NCBI GenBank assembly: GCA_951406725.2
Contig: OX597819.1
Coordinates: forward strand, 107,756,001 to 107,820,000
Direction: 5' to 3'
Source of the DNA: Octopus vulgaris
Lineage: Eukaryota
DNA: 64,000 bases
Part shown: positions 1 through 13,897 of the stretch, in pieces
Position numbering within the stretch: the first letter of the stretch is position 1
Layout of the letters: every line of letters starts with the position of its first letter
Made by a program: the position numbers and the translations under genes
The notes under the pieces: generated by a model
What the model was told of the DNA's origin: nothing
Seen by the model: the letters and a program-made list of their open reading frames with translations, nothing else
The model's database searches: none

Positions 1-61
1 TTGTCATATATACATATGTGTGTGTGTGTTTGTGTGTGTGTGTGTGCGTGTGTGTGTATGT

Positions 62-275
62 GTGTTCGTGTGTCTGTGTCTGTCCCCCACCATCTCTTGA
101 CAAACGATGGTGGTGTGTTTACGTGCCCGTAACTTAGCGGTTCGGCAAAAGAGACCGACAGAATAAGTACTAAGCTTACAAGCAATAAGTCCTGGGGTCG
201 ATTTGTTCGACTAAAGGTGGTGTTCCTGCATGGCCGCAGTCAAATGACTGAAATAAATAAAAGAATAAAAGAATA
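62..275 (+). mobile_element. SINE family A, 3' half (CR1-like LINE-derived tail)
   Basis: Same body as 41075-41283 and the reverse complement of 15365-15570. Ends in CATGGCCGCAGTCAAATGACTGAAA plus A-rich tail. Confidence 0.85.
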
Positions 276-279
276 TATT

Positions 280-336
<57 letters not shown>

Positions 337-1451
337 TTTACTATGTCCTATTTTTGCAAGTCGTAGTAGTAGTAGTATTTGCTATATCCTATTTTTGCAC
401 GTCGAAATGATATGGTATAGTTAGAGGGAGATTTAAATTTCATTTGCACAGGTGGTTAGAGAACGGTAAAGGCTCCATGAAGCTTCCCCCTCCGATCCTA
501 TTAGTTTTCTTGGGTGATTCCTTTATGGCGGTGCCCTTTCAATTTATCTTAATTTGCTTTCTATGACAACCCATTTATATTTCCGTCTCATTGTTTCTAT
601 TATCCGTTAATTTTTTTTCTTCAGATATTTCTATCACAATGAGCTGTCAGATTTATTGTTTCACTTTATTGACTGTAAAGCTAAATGTTTGGGACTTTAT
701 TGGTTGCTTGGTTATGTCAGCATGAATTTATTGATAAATGATAAAGTTCATATGTTGATGCTAAGGAAAATTTACAACCAACATAAAACATTCAGTTAAC
801 ACATATTTCTGCCCAAGATGTCATACAGATTCAGAATAATACATTCGAACACCGCACTATTAAAGAAACCTAACAGAAAATATAAATGATGGTTTCAGCA
901 AGATAAAAAAAAACCTTCACGAACAATGTAGTCATCGACATCAGTGAAGCTGTTGTCGACTCCATTTTCCCACTATCCATGTATGCACTTAATACACAAT
1001 ACCTCGTTAAGAAACAATCTAAAGTGAGGCTTCACGATCGCCAAGCCTATGTAGTACACAGAAACGCACACATTGCAGTTTCTGCTCATTCACCCTTTTC
1101 AAACCATGCCTTCATCACCTTTACAGCGCGTTTCATACACGGATGGCATCAAACTTGTCCTCTCACTAATCTCTAGCTACAATTATTCAACAACTAACTC
1201 TACGTCGATCAATATTGTTACAAAACAAGACTTAAAGTATCATCCACTAAATCCACTGTTTCCTCTCTAACTGATATAGCAGCCAAATATCCCTCAAATC
1301 ACTCCGTATCGTTTTAAAATTGAAACGCATTATTCGATGTAGTCAAGAGTACACTGTTCTTCATAAGAGCAAATGGGTTGTTATAGCCAGAATACATTAG
1401 ATCGCCGCCTTCTTTCTTTCTAACAACACAAGAGAATAGACAGATAAATAG

Positions 1452-1541
<90 letters not shown>

Positions 1542-1719
1542 AAAAACAAATTTCGATGGAAAGTCCCGCAGGAAAGCCATAAGCATTTCATAGAGCCGTC
1601 ATCTACAAACGCTATTGCGTTTCCCCTTGAAATTTGTTATCACTCCAGATTTATGTGTAGCGGTTTTGCGTGCGCAAGTGTACAGAAAATAGTGTGTATT
1701 AGAAAAACTAATATAGTGT

Positions 1720-1935
1720 TTAACCCTTTAGCATTCAGATTACTCTGTCAAATGTAATGCATATCTATTCACATTGTTTTGCATTTATCATGCATTGTCT
1801 TGTAGCTCTGAGATTGTAATGATGTAATCGTTTGTTTTTAGACTGACAGTGTAGAGTAGGTGTAAAGGGATGGATATGATCAGTTTGAAGATAAAACAGG
1901 TAGAATATTTGGGCCTGATATGGCCGGTTTAAATA
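1720..1935 (+). mobile_element. piggyBac-like MITE fragment (left end)
   Basis: Starts TTAA-CCCTTTAGCATT, a TTAA target followed by a CCC terminus. Right end not intact. Confidence 0.5.
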
Positions 1936-2062
1936 CATTATCAAGTCTAGTGGAAAAATATCAGTTACAACTATGATGCTGTTGATGAAACATGTTCTTT
2001 GTCTATCTATACAACTAACTATACAAATGAATCCTTTGAATTTAACTAAATTCTATATTTTT

Positions 2063-2152
2063 ATGCAGCTGAAGATTACTCTACATTTTAAAACTGATGT
2101 AATATTTGCATTGTTCAATTAAATGGAGTCGCATGAAACGATCGTACTGCAT
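2063..2152 (+). ncRNA. Type I hammerhead-like ribozyme with long stem II, in a PLE pLTR-like segment (~1960-2270) ending at (TA)n
   Basis: ATGCAG-CTGAAGA-[ACTC..CATTT / AAATG.GAGT long stem]-GAAA-CGATCG-TA-CTGCAT. Stem I is ATGCAG/CTGCAT, stem III is the palindrome ACGATCGT, triplet GUA. The base of stem II is imperfect. Confidence 0.7.
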
Positions 2153-2268
2153 TACCTCTGGATATCCTTGTTGCTTATTTTGATTGTAATCACCTCATTT
2201 TGAATAATATGGATAATACCATACTAAATTCTGGTGCCTTTAACTTAAGTACCATATTCAACTGAATC

Positions 2269-2307
<39 letters not shown>

Positions 2308-2313
<6 letters not shown>

Positions 2314-2590
2314 ACCACGTGACCGACCAGACCATCAGATGTTTTACACATCGCTGGTCACAATGCGTTCGCATTGTTTTAGCCTTCGAATGACACCACC
2401 CCGCTGGCTAAGCGAGCAGGCCAACAGAAGAGAGAGAAAGAGTGGTGAAAGAGTACAGCAGGGATCACCACCCCCTGCCGGAGCATCGTGGAGCTTTTAG
2501 GTGTTTTCGCTCAATAAACACTCACAACGCCCGGTTTGGGAATCTTACGACCGCGAGTCCGCTGCCCTAACCACTAGGCCATTGCGCCTC

Positions 2591-2592
<2 letters not shown>
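2308..2592 (-). mobile_element. tRNA-derived SINE family E
   Basis: Minus-strand head TGGCCTAGTGGTTAGGGCAGCGGACTCGCGGTC (A box). Head shared with 14135-14442. Flanked by microsatellites. Confidence 0.8.
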
Positions 2593-2669
<77 letters not shown>

Positions 2670-2879
2670 TATATATGTGTTTGATTTTTCTTTGAGTTTA
2701 ATTTAAGCCCTCCTTGAGAGAGTTCAAGACGTTTGCTAACAACGCAACAAGACTTTCTGAGTTAAGGGAGCTCCCAGTGTTTGGAAATGTGTGGTTGGAT
2801 GTATTGTTTGAACTGTCGATGCACACACCGAAATGTGTGCATCTATTCACATGAGAATCTCACATGGAGAATTTTTGAA

Positions 2880-3310
2880 ATATCTTACAAATCTTCACTG
2901 TACCACTGACATATTGGATGTGGAGAAACCACATCAGTTCCTTTTCTTTGTCCGTGAAAACGAGTATTTCTGAGTTTGGGGGCAAATTTGTTGGCACATA
3001 ACCTAGCAATAGGTACAAATGAGAATTCATAATCAGAGTACAAGAGCTTCAAGTTACACATTAATTCGTAATAAATGTTCTCTTTTTCCCGGACTTTTTA
3101 CTGAACATTTATATCTGCTGGACAGCTGACCCCTACAAAAGCACATATCTTCTATTCTCTGTCCCACAGAACTATATCAGGCTTGTTATGTTTGTGCCGA
3201 ATTGATATTTTTATTAGAGTGGTCCATCAGTGTTTCTTGTTTTTAAAGGTGTGGATACCTACTGGTTCTGACAGGCCTTTGATGTATACGTCAGGGCAAT
3301 CCTTTCTGTG
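2880..3310 (-). mobile_element. R4/Dong-clade LINE fragment (restriction-like endonuclease), degenerate
   Basis: Minus translation KHNKPDIVLWDRE*KICAFVGVSCPADINV..KVREKENIY matches the PD-(D/E)xK RLE pattern. Confidence 0.7.
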
Positions 3311-4199
3311 AGTATGTATGCATGTATGTAAATAACATTGTATGCATTTATATGTATATATACGTAGGTTGTGTATGCACAAACACACACACACACACAC
3401 ACGCACACATACACACAAACACAAAACACACATACACAAAACACGCACACACACACAAAACACACACACACAAACACACATATATATATATATATAATAT
3501 GTACGTATGATTCATGTGGAAATATATGTGCGTTAGTATGTGCTCGTAATATCTTTTAATTTAGATATTAATAACATTTTATTACGATCTTTATTAATAT
3601 TTCTCGCGTATAATTTACCTTCATTACTTATTCGTTTCTAAAGCTATCTCGTATGAATTCATCTGTGTGTTTTTATATATTGTAGTAATATTTACGTAAT
3701 AATCGGTGTTATTTTAATGTATTCTGCCTCATTATACATTGAGTTAGCTTGTGTTTGAAATCCTACTTTGTATCTTTAATTGCTGTTTCTTTTATATTTT
3801 CCCTCCTAGTAAATCATAAACTCGTTATATAATTCCATAATTGTTTATGGCGAGGGACACGAGTTTAGGGCTAATTTTTTTCTCACTCAACTTTTCACTT
3901 ATTAGATTTGATATTTTATTATAAATTTAAATATTGATAAATAAATATTATGTACTTTCCTAACGTGGACTCCTGATAATTATATATTTACGTTGTTTTA
4001 TTTATTCTTTATTTTACCTTCCGTCTTTTTTGTCACGTTCTGTGGAGTTTCACACAGAGCTGTCAATCAAATAACTCCATTCCTTTGAATTGGGAGTAAA
4101 GTTTATATAAAACACATACTGTGAGTTACATTATAAAGGAAACAAGGATATCAGATTCCAAAGAGAAAGTGACAAGGCCGTTAAGACGAAAGAAACAGT

Positions 4200-4560
4200 A
4201 GTGTGGGATGTAAGTAAACCTGAAGAGTAGATTCGTCTTTCGACTAGACATGTTTCTTCTGTCCAGGAGTAAAAATGAATCATTGGGTCGAACTTACAAT
4301 AATCTGGGAGGACAGACACGATACTTCTCACCAGCTAAAGAAAACCAAATATCAGGACTTGGTCGACGAGGGATGGCACGTGGCGTCATTCCCTATAGAA
4401 ATTGCTGGCAAGGCTTTCCAGCATGGTCAGTGCGGTATTTCCTGCAAAAGATTGGTCTGGAACCCAAATAAGTGAAGAAAGCCAGCAAGGAGATAGGCAC
4501 TGCAGATGAAGCTAGCTCAAGGTGGCTGCTGCTAACAAGCGACTGCAAGCGAAACACATT
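4200..4560 (+). mobile_element. Hero/NeSL-type RLE LINE 3' fragment
   Basis: VELTIIWEDRHDTSHQLKKTKYQDLVDEGWHVASFPIEI followed by a frameshifted C-terminus, typical of the Hero RLE end. Confidence 0.7.
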
Positions 4561-4899
4561 ATTATTATTATTTCATATACGCACAACAGACTAAGCTGTT
4601 GGAAAGAAAATTTCCTAACATACGCACAAGACATTAAACTATTGGAAAAGAAAAGTAACTAGAATCCAAGAGCCTTCTTAAGTATTAGCTGTCCTTAATA
4701 ACACTATTTTCAGGACTTGCACTAAACAAATATTGAAGGGGATAACGAGTCTCATGATACTAACTTTCCCTAAGGCTGTGTCACCTGAGTAGAGATCTAC
4801 TTTCTATTTCTTCATGCTAATTAACTCTCTACATTTCTTCATGTTATAGCTAATTAACTCTCAATTATTATTATCCTGATCATTATTATTTTTCTTTTT

Positions 4900-5868
4900 A
4901 TCTCAGCTTTTGGTGAAACTTCTTGAGTCTTGCATGCGTAGCGGGCTTGCAGCCTTTAGCCTAGGGTACCATGCTATCTGTTATTTTCAACTATCTAATA
5001 CTTTCCTGGTTATTCTGGCCATGCCAAGGAGGCAAACCTTTTGTAACAGTTCTACTTGGCATTCTATTCCGATTTCCTTGACGCCCCAAGGACGCAACAG
5101 TAATTGGCACTATCGTTACCTTCTTCATTTTCCATAGCCGGGCTATTTCGTACTGAAGAGGGTTGTATTTACCTATTTTTTCGTCTTCCTTCTTGACTAT
5201 TCGTGAGTCAAAGGGACACACAACATCAACTGCATAGCACATATGGTGCATCTTGTCGACCACCACTAGGTTTGGTCTGTTATGTCCTAGCACCTGATCT
5301 GTTTGGATTTGGAAATCTCAGAGGAGTTTGCAAGTCTCCGACCACGCTACCCACTGCGATTTCTGCTCTTGCTTCTCTCTAGCCTCTACTTCTCGCACAA
5401 TTTCCCGTGTAGCACTTTCGCTATCTCATCGTGTCGCCACAACTTGTCGTGGTTTTGCGAAAGTCTTGGGTATTCGCTCATATGGGCAATGGTTTCGTCC
5501 AATCTATTACTGATGCGGCAGAGTGGAGACACTTGCTCATTCCTAAGGTTGATTCCCCAGTTCGTGGCCAAAGCTTGGTCTTCCTCTGCCAGTATCGTGC
5601 TCTCAGGCTCTTTTATCAATGTTCCTTCCTTCAGCCAATCCCACCCATTTTCTCCAGCAACTACAATTGCGGCTACATGGAACTGATTGCGTAGTCCTTC
5701 GTTGTGTAATGCTTCTTCGTGCCCTTTTTTTTGTAATTCTTCCTTTGATTTTCCTTTTTCCTTTGCTTTCAATACTCCCTCATTCCTAACTGACACTAGC
5801 AAGCTTTCCTTACTTTGAGATAGGTATTTCATTAAGGTCCCGAGTTCGATACGTACACAAACAATCAT
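4900..5868 (-). mobile_element. R4/Dong LINE 3' fragment (CCHC remnant, RLE, 3' UTR)
   Basis: WDWLKEGTL..E..I.A.EDQALAT; RHDEIAKVLH; HNRPNLVVVDK..DVVCPFDSRIVKKEDEKIGKY..VPITVASLG. Lies between (TAG)n and ATT-rich tracts. Confidence 0.85.
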
Positions 5869-5954
<86 letters not shown>

Positions 5955-6175
5955 AGGTGATGTGCTGGCAGAATCGTTAGCGCGTAGGACAAAATACTTA
6001 GTAGCATTTCTTCTGATTCTTTACATCCTGAGTTCAAATTCCGCCAATGTCGACTTTGCCTTTCATCCTTCCGGGCTCGGTAAAATAAGTACGAGCTGAG
6101 AACTGGGGGCGATATAATCAACCAAACCCTCCCCGGCAAAAAAACAGCTGGTCTTATATAAAAATTAGAAGCCGT
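5955..6175 (+). mobile_element. SINE family D copy
   Basis: GCTGGCAGAATCGTTAGC..GAGTTCAAATTCC..GACTTTGCCTTTCATCC. About 16 copies in the window. Confidence 0.8.
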
Positions 6176-6190
6176 TGTTGTTGCTGTTGT

Positions 6191-6530
6191 TTAATTGCTC
6201 ACAGTCGCAAAAATATACTCCCATCGAACTCCGCTGTAGCACTCATTCCTGATCTTTTTCATACTAGCATGTTGAATGCCAGAGCCCTCATTTATTCCGA
6301 TGTATATGTAAGTTTGTTCCTGCTCGAGTTCTTTTATTACTGAATGTGAATGTGAGGTCTTCAGTTTCCTTTTCTGGAAAGTGGCCTTGGCACATTTATC
6401 AAGACCAAATTCCATCCCAATGTCATCAGTGAATGTTTTCACAGTACGTAGTAGTCTTTCATGCTCATTATCATCTTTGCCATAGAGTTTTAAGTCATCC
6501 ATATAAAATAGATGACTTATTTTCTTTGTC
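6191..6530 (-). mobile_element. R4/Dong LINE reverse transcriptase fragment
   Basis: ISHLFYMDDLKLYGK..TVKTFTDDIGMEFGLDKCAK (RT motifs C-E). Confidence 0.85.
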
Positions 6531-7085
6531 CACTTAGAATTTTCTTTAGATCGAGTAGCCCATCCCACTCAAAAAGGTCGCTAATGCATAGCATCCAGCA
6601 AAATGAACGCAGAAAAATTACAATTGCTTGTATCGTACGTGTGTACAGTTGGTTTGTTTGTTCGCAGCGCCTGCTCTCTCATAGAGTACTAGTTTAGAGA
6701 CAGACTATACCAAAAATAAGCTCAATAGGTAGTTTACTTAACAAGCAACAGTAATTTTTCCTGTGTCCATTTTTCTGGACGCTATGCATTAATGGGGTAA
6801 AGATGTTGAACGAAACACCCACGTTTCCAGAGGTGAATTATTCAAACGTCAAAGAATTACTCTTAACACATGGCTATGATGCTCCCCCGTTACTCTTGCT
6901 CGTGATCAGAAATGAGTATATCGTTAGCCACTAAGGGACATGCTCAACTGGTTAAGGTCAAGCAAGTGACAAGCAAATCTGTGGCATTCAGCAGAATATT
7001 TGCTGTAGTGCATCTTTTATACCAAGACAAAACATGTACATGATAACACTGTCATCCAGTTAAACTCAGAGCCACTGCCTGGTAA
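6520..7085 (-). mobile_element. Non-autonomous retro-element family C (5' part), joined to the Dong RT fragment
   Basis: Homologous to 7620-7960. Bordered by (AAT)n. Confidence 0.65.
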
Positions 7086-7115
7086 TTATTATCATCATCA
7101 TCATTATTATTATTA

Positions 7116-7168
<53 letters not shown>

Positions 7169-7342
7169 TGCATTGTTGTTTTATTTTATACGAGCTGTTA
7201 CAAGTTATACCCACAGACATCGAATAACAGCCAGATGAACGTCTTACTATGGCTGCTATTTATAAATTGACAATGGTATATGGTAGAGGAAGCAGACAAG
7301 ACTTTGAGAACTAGTTGTAAGACTTCGTTAAATTTATATTTC

Positions 7343-7401
<59 letters not shown>

Positions 7402-7439
7402 TTGTTATCATCATCATCAACATCATCATCATTAATATT

Positions 7440-7962
7440 ATTGAGAGAGAGTGCAGTGCATGCCATCAAAGTGACACTGGGATGAAATATGCAAAGCCTA
7501 GTACACCCATCATGACTACCCGTCTGATAAGAGTACACCAGGTACATACATTCCAAACATGTACGTGACATGGTGATCTTATATCAAGATAAACAGCGCA
7601 TGAACTTGCAGGTGAGGCCCACTTAGAATTTTCTTCATGTCGAATAGCCCATTCCACACAAAAGGTCCCTAAATAACGAAACATCCATGCTTCCAGAAGT
7701 GAATTTTTCAAACGTCAAAGAATTCCGCTCAGCACATGGCTCCGATGCTCCCACACAACTTTTGCTCATACTCAGAAATGCACATCTCAAGAGACATGCT
7801 CAACTGGTTAAGGTCAAACACCCGACAAACAAATTTGTGGTATTGAGCAGAGTATTTGTTGTGGCCCATCTTTTATACCAAGACAAAACATGTACATGAT
7901 AATATTTGCAAGCAGTTAAGATCAGAAGGGATGAAAGCCGGTGCCTGGCACTGCACCAGGGA
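7440..7962 (-). mobile_element. Non-autonomous retro-element family C, apparently complete
   Basis: About 520 bp, shares long blocks with 6800-7085. Ends on the minus strand in CTCTCTCAATAAT and is flanked by trinucleotide repeats. Confidence 0.7.
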
Positions 7963-8362
7963 GTTGTTGTTCTTGTTGTTGTTGTTGATTACCAGAATAA
8001 GAAGTGTCTCATAAGAATATTGAATTTTACTGAAATCATTTAACTGTTTATACTCAATTAGTGTGCTGGTGTTTAGGAGGTGTATTGGCATCTATTTGTT
8101 GTGGATTGATGAAATGCTCAAGGAGAAGTGTTCGCTAAGTTAATTGTGCAAATGGACGGTTGATCTCGAGGACTGTAGTATGGTCGTCCAGACAAATAAA
8201 TTATTTTCCAGTTAGATACAACAAATTTGTCTTGATGGATACATCTCATAAAAATCTTCGCTCGTGAATTTAAATAATTGTTGTGGCTGTTCAACTTTTG
8301 TCTGATTATGTAGCTTGTCCACCACACAGCAGCTGCATTACTTTTATCCATCCATAGATGGC

Positions 8363-8393
<31 letters not shown>

Positions 8394-8428
8394 GCTATAT
8401 ATATATATATAGAAAGAGAGAAAGATAA

Positions 8429-8511
<83 letters not shown>

Positions 8512-9619
8512 TCGATCGGCTTAAAAATGTGTTTAACGTTTAGAAATAAAAAGGCACTATTCATGATCTTTTGTGTGGCCTCTAAGCCCGGTTGAAGAAA
8601 AGATAAAAGTTATCCTTAAACTGGCAATCTAGCCCAAAATACTTGTAACAGATTAGTCCTCGTGAAAGTCACTTAATGGCCAGTTGCCGAGGTTATCTCC
8701 TGCAACCAATTGACTATATCACCCAACAATTTGTAAGATCCGTCTGCTATCAGCTTCAGCACAATTTGCGACTGTCCTAGATTCAAACACAGCTTTTGAT
8801 CGACCTGAGACCATAATAGAAAGCATTCACTCAAGATGCCTTGCAGTGAGCCTGAACTTAGAACTTCTTACCCACAAAGCAAACTTCTTGATCATACGGT
8901 TATGCTTGCATTATCTTAACTATGAAATCTATCAAATATGCATTGTATTTTGGAACTATATAAAATTACGTGAATTACGTTGTTTAGTTTTGAGAATGAA
9001 TTGAGAAATGAATAATGATATATATTTATCAAGTTTAGGCCATTACTACCGTAGGTTTAGACCATTGCTTCTATGTGGTACTACAATACGCCATTAGTGG
9101 GTTTTTTTCTCGTTGGGTAAAATTATCATTAATAAATATAATCCTTGTTACGAAAGTTGATACGTCTGAATATCAAAATATTATTTAGATTACCGTTTTG
9201 CATTGAAAATTATATAGAATAACGGTTCTCAAATTTTGATTTTTGCTTGTAGCTACCAGAACCATCATCAGTGTGTTGACTGTACGAAATGTAGAATAAA
9301 TTATGGCCTTTGATTGTTCAGTTTATTAGAAAGTTGCATATCATAACTGCTAAATTGAAATAACATCACAGAGTTGTTTTCAATATAAAAGAAGATAAGA
9401 ATACTAAATTACACATAGAAAGTGATATTATCTTTACCAATATGAATTCAGATTGGTTTTATTAGTTTGTTATTTTTGTCCGTTTCTTTTATATTATTGA
9501 ATTTCAGTCTTGATCTTTGAGAACTTAATGTTTTATAAACATCTTCTCCAAGCATATCAAAAGGATCGTTTCATATCTGTATTAAAATAACTAAATCATT
9601 CAAAATCATATGTGATCGC

Positions 9620-10130
9620 TCTACCTGCTTGAAATAGCAGTCAAATCACTCTCAATCTACGCTCTACGGTCTTTAAAATCAAGAACACATTGAACGAGCC
9701 ATTCAGCGATCCTCTGTATGGTGTTCCAGCTTGGTAGGAATGGCAGCTAAATCTCCCTCAAATCAATAAGGGGGCTTTAAACTAGTGGCATGAGCTGATA
9801 GAAATAACAGCTAACTCTCCTTTTAATCATACAAACCAATGATGAAGCCTCTACATTCTCATTCGGTCTGCTAGTAATAGCAGTAAAGTCCCTCAGACCT
9901 CATGAGCCAACGATGGAGCTTCTATGTCTTCACTCAAACTTCAAGAAACACCAGCTAAACAACCCACAATTCCATGAGGATATATTTACAAGTTTTAACT
10001 GGCTAGAAACAACAACCAAATATTCCACAAGTCTCCAAGCTAGTAAAAGCACCTTTTGGTTGATGTTTAATCCGCTAGAAATAGCAGCCAAATTTCCCTC
10101 AAACTACAGCCTATATTCATAACAAAACTT
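9620..10130 (+). repeat. Degenerate tandem array of the motif CT(A/T)GAAATAGCAGCCAAATCTCCCTCAAA
   Basis: About 6 copies near 9628, 9735, 9798, 9870, 10002 and 10074. Dispersed copies near 1272, 49200, 52633 and (minus) 49510. Confidence 0.7.
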
Positions 10131-13062
10131 ACATTGGATAACGTAGTTTGGAGTGCATCGTTCTTAAAAATAACTTGGGATGGTTGCGGTTGGGAAAATT
10201 TTGGTCATACATCTACTAAATGATGGATCTCTTAAAAGCTTAAAAACATTACTACAGCTAAAAGAAATGTAGATAATTAGTTAATATAACCCGGAATAAA
10301 ATAACAATATGATCACGATTATAATGCCTATGAATGTGGATTTGCTGTATCAAGGCTGATCCGGAGATTAACAGCATCAAATGAGTATAGATTAGATAAT
10401 GTGGTGCTAGATACATATATACATTTTCCTAAATGAAAGTTGTGATGGTCGCAGCTGGAACACTTTTGATATGCCTGTTAAATGAAGGCTGACTTAGGTT
10501 GAGCAGTATCAATTTACAGAGATACAACTTGTGATAATTAGTATGCTAGAATTCTTAAAATTACAAGTCTAATTTTCAAACTACTCTTTACTCAGACTGA
10601 TTATTCTAGCTAAAACGAATATTAGCGTTAACAGCAAATATATTCCAGATAATATAATACTACAATTAGGCTAATTCTGCTGTTAATTTATTGGTTTTTT
10701 ACTTCCATATCTAACAAAAAAATTGTCATACATTTTAACTTTTGTCATTATTATCCCTCAATTACCAAATTCCTTTTAATGGAAGCTATCAATTTCGCTA
10801 CGAATTTTTTTCTTCAGAAATTGATATCACGATATCAATTCGCGAGAAAATTGATTTTGTATTATGATAATAGCGTTTAAATATAATCTTTTTTTGTGTT
10901 AATTGGGTACGGCGGAAACTAGTGATATTGTAGGGATTTCATATATTGAATTGTCAACAGACTAAGCTTCCCTAATTTCACGACGTCTCCACAGAGATGA
11001 TCAAGAATTTTATCATTAAAAAACTGAAAGGTTCCGAAAAGAACTCCATAGTAGTTTTAAGGAATCTAATTTTAAATAGCGGTTAATACTGAAGATGTAG
11101 CCAGACATTTTATATTTTAATAGGACATTTACTTGTTCTTACATAAAATGAATTATATCACCAGAAGAGACTATTTTTCATTTTAGTTTTTTTTATTTAT
11201 TTTTTTCAATTATTGCCTTAAAACTGAATATATTCTAACATGAATTAAAAGCCAAGAACAATTTAACACGTGATTCTATTTATAATGATACAAATATATT
11301 TTTAAGCCTTTTAAATTTTTCATGCAGATGAAGTGTGCCTAATATTTTATCTTCATTTACAGTATTCCTTAATTTATTCACATATATAAGCAAGACTTGG
11401 TATAATTAGTAAAACACATCTTTGAATAACCTACAACATCAAAAAGATCACCTTATTCTTATTATATAGCATTTCCTTATCAAATGGTTCAACAACATTA
11501 ACAGAAACACACGATTGAAGAAATTTACTGTTTGATATTATAATATAATGAGCCTCTGTATCCAGACACTTACTCTTGCGGGTCATTACTTTCACCAAAC
11601 ACACTACTGTGACATCCAGGTATTATCAATAAGCATACATACTAGAAGATCTCTGCTCACATTTGATAGCCTCCGCTAGATTAAGAATGATTATCAAGAG
11701 TACTTTGACGTATAAATGGGCAATAAAGTACCTTCTGGAAAAAGGAAGTTATTACATTACTAATTCAATAACCTACAAAGAAGTCATGCATTGATGATGG
11801 TCTTAGTCTTCCTAGAAGCATTAAGGACTGCAAATTTGATAATTTAAAAAAAAATTATAGATAGGTTAAACCAAAAGGACTAAAAATGACTGTAGACTCA
11901 TATATCACTGTTAATTTTTCAAACATTATAAATTTAAGCGCTACTGCCGAACAGTCATTTATAAAACAATACATTAACAAAAATCCCAAGAAAATGACCA
12001 AATTCTTTATTATTAACATTAGCATATACTTATGGAGAATCTCTTCAGACTTAGCCACTTTCAACAACGCTGCTCACAATAACAATAAAACGCACACAGC
12101 AAGTAGTGTCAATGGAAAAATTCAGTTATACAGATAAAACACTCATCAACGCAGGATTCGTAAAATTATTTAGTTCATCCAAGAGAAACTAATTCTCTAA
12201 CACACGCATGTTGCCATAAAATAATCAACGAATAATACCAGATGAAGCTCAGTTGCATACCTAATTTAGACGTCGTCATCAGAAACAAAATGATTAATGG
12301 CATTTCTTCTAGATGTTTACGTTCTTAGTTCAAATCCAACTGAAGTCAACTTTTATCCTTTCGGGATAAAATAAAGTATCAGTTAAGTACTGGAGTTAAT
12401 GTAATTGACAAGCGCCTTCTAAAAATATTGCTGGCCTTGTACCAAAATTAGAAACAACTACTACTGCTGTTTTCATATATATTCATTTTTTTAATTCAAT
12501 TTTTTATGTAAATCGTTTAATAGTTTCTGATTTTAATTTTGTAGACTTCAAAGATATTCCCCGCCGCCATTATTATTTCGCCCAGCACCACGTCTATTTG
12601 TTATAATTTATCTTTATTGTCGAGAACTTAATCCCCGTTTGGCACCATTCAATGTTTTCAGCATATACTACTGTTTACATCCAGAAACATAATCATATTT
12701 TCTGCAGTATGAAGATAAAATTTATGGTTTATAATTTAGTTCGATAAGTACCAGAACAAAATCCTCGGTCATTGCTTTCCGCTAAATAATATGTAAAAGA
12801 ATGGAGTGGGGGCGTCAGTAAATTCACATATCCACGTTGCCGGAGATCAATGTAAAAAAAAGATAATAACGTCCACTATAAGTAATGGTATATTGAGATC
12901 TAATAACTGGTTATTGGTACTGCTAGAGCGAGGGAAAAAACATACAAACACCCACCCACTCATAAACACACACACGCATATATATATATATATATAATAT
13001 ACAAATTATATGCATTACGATATATATATATATATGAATAGTATATGATATATAGAATATAG

Positions 13063-13093
<31 letters not shown>

Positions 13094-13585
13094 TTATGTG
13101 TATTTGCAAATACATATAACATCATCAAAAGCCAAAGAGACGAAATAATAAATCAATAAATACTGTAAACAATAGATTTATGAGTGTCAATTAAGCAACC
13201 GACGAATAAAGCAACATAAAAGGTTAATAACATAAAAGAATGATAATTATCAACCTTTCAAGTAAGCAATAAATGGGTGTTGATGGCAGTTGTTGTCTTC
13301 AGGTCGGTGGAACACTTAATGGTGTCAGACAATGAAACGTATGTTAAAGATATTAACTATGAGCTACGTCAATGGGAAGTGTTTTAGTGTTAATAGCTGT
13401 TATCGCTTTCTGGGTGATTACACACTTGATGGTGTCTGTCACACTGAGGTACATGTATTAACGGCATTAGCGAACAAGCGGGTAGGTAGGTTTGTGGTGA
13501 ATAAGGTGGAGTGGGAGGGGTAAATATTAGGTAGGGGTGTGGTTTATGGTAGTTCCTTATACATGTATTACATTTGCGTAAATGC

Positions 13586-13646
<61 letters not shown>

Positions 13647-13897
13647 TATATATACATGCATATTCAGGGGCATTTATGCGTATATGCATGTATATATAGA
13701 TGTATATACATATTGAATACACACACAGACACACACACAAAAATACACATATACCTGCATACACACACACGCGCGCACACACACACACAAACACACACAC
13801 AAGCAAGCACATAAGTACAAAACAAGTTGGGGAAATAGTACACGAATGACAAAGGAAGAGTAATATGATTTTTATTGAAGCTGCAAAATCGTTACAA

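Noticed and set aside
9620-10130. CRISPR-like repeat-spacer look
   Set aside because: Repeats are degenerate, spacing is irregular, there are no cas genes, and the context is eukaryotic.
10819-10841. Hairpin AATTGATATC-AC-GATATCAATT
   Set aside because: Short, AT-rich and single; could arise by chance or be TE debris.
11460-12200. Possible host exon or Helitron helicase remnant
   Set aside because: Multiple stops and no motif I can identify with confidence.
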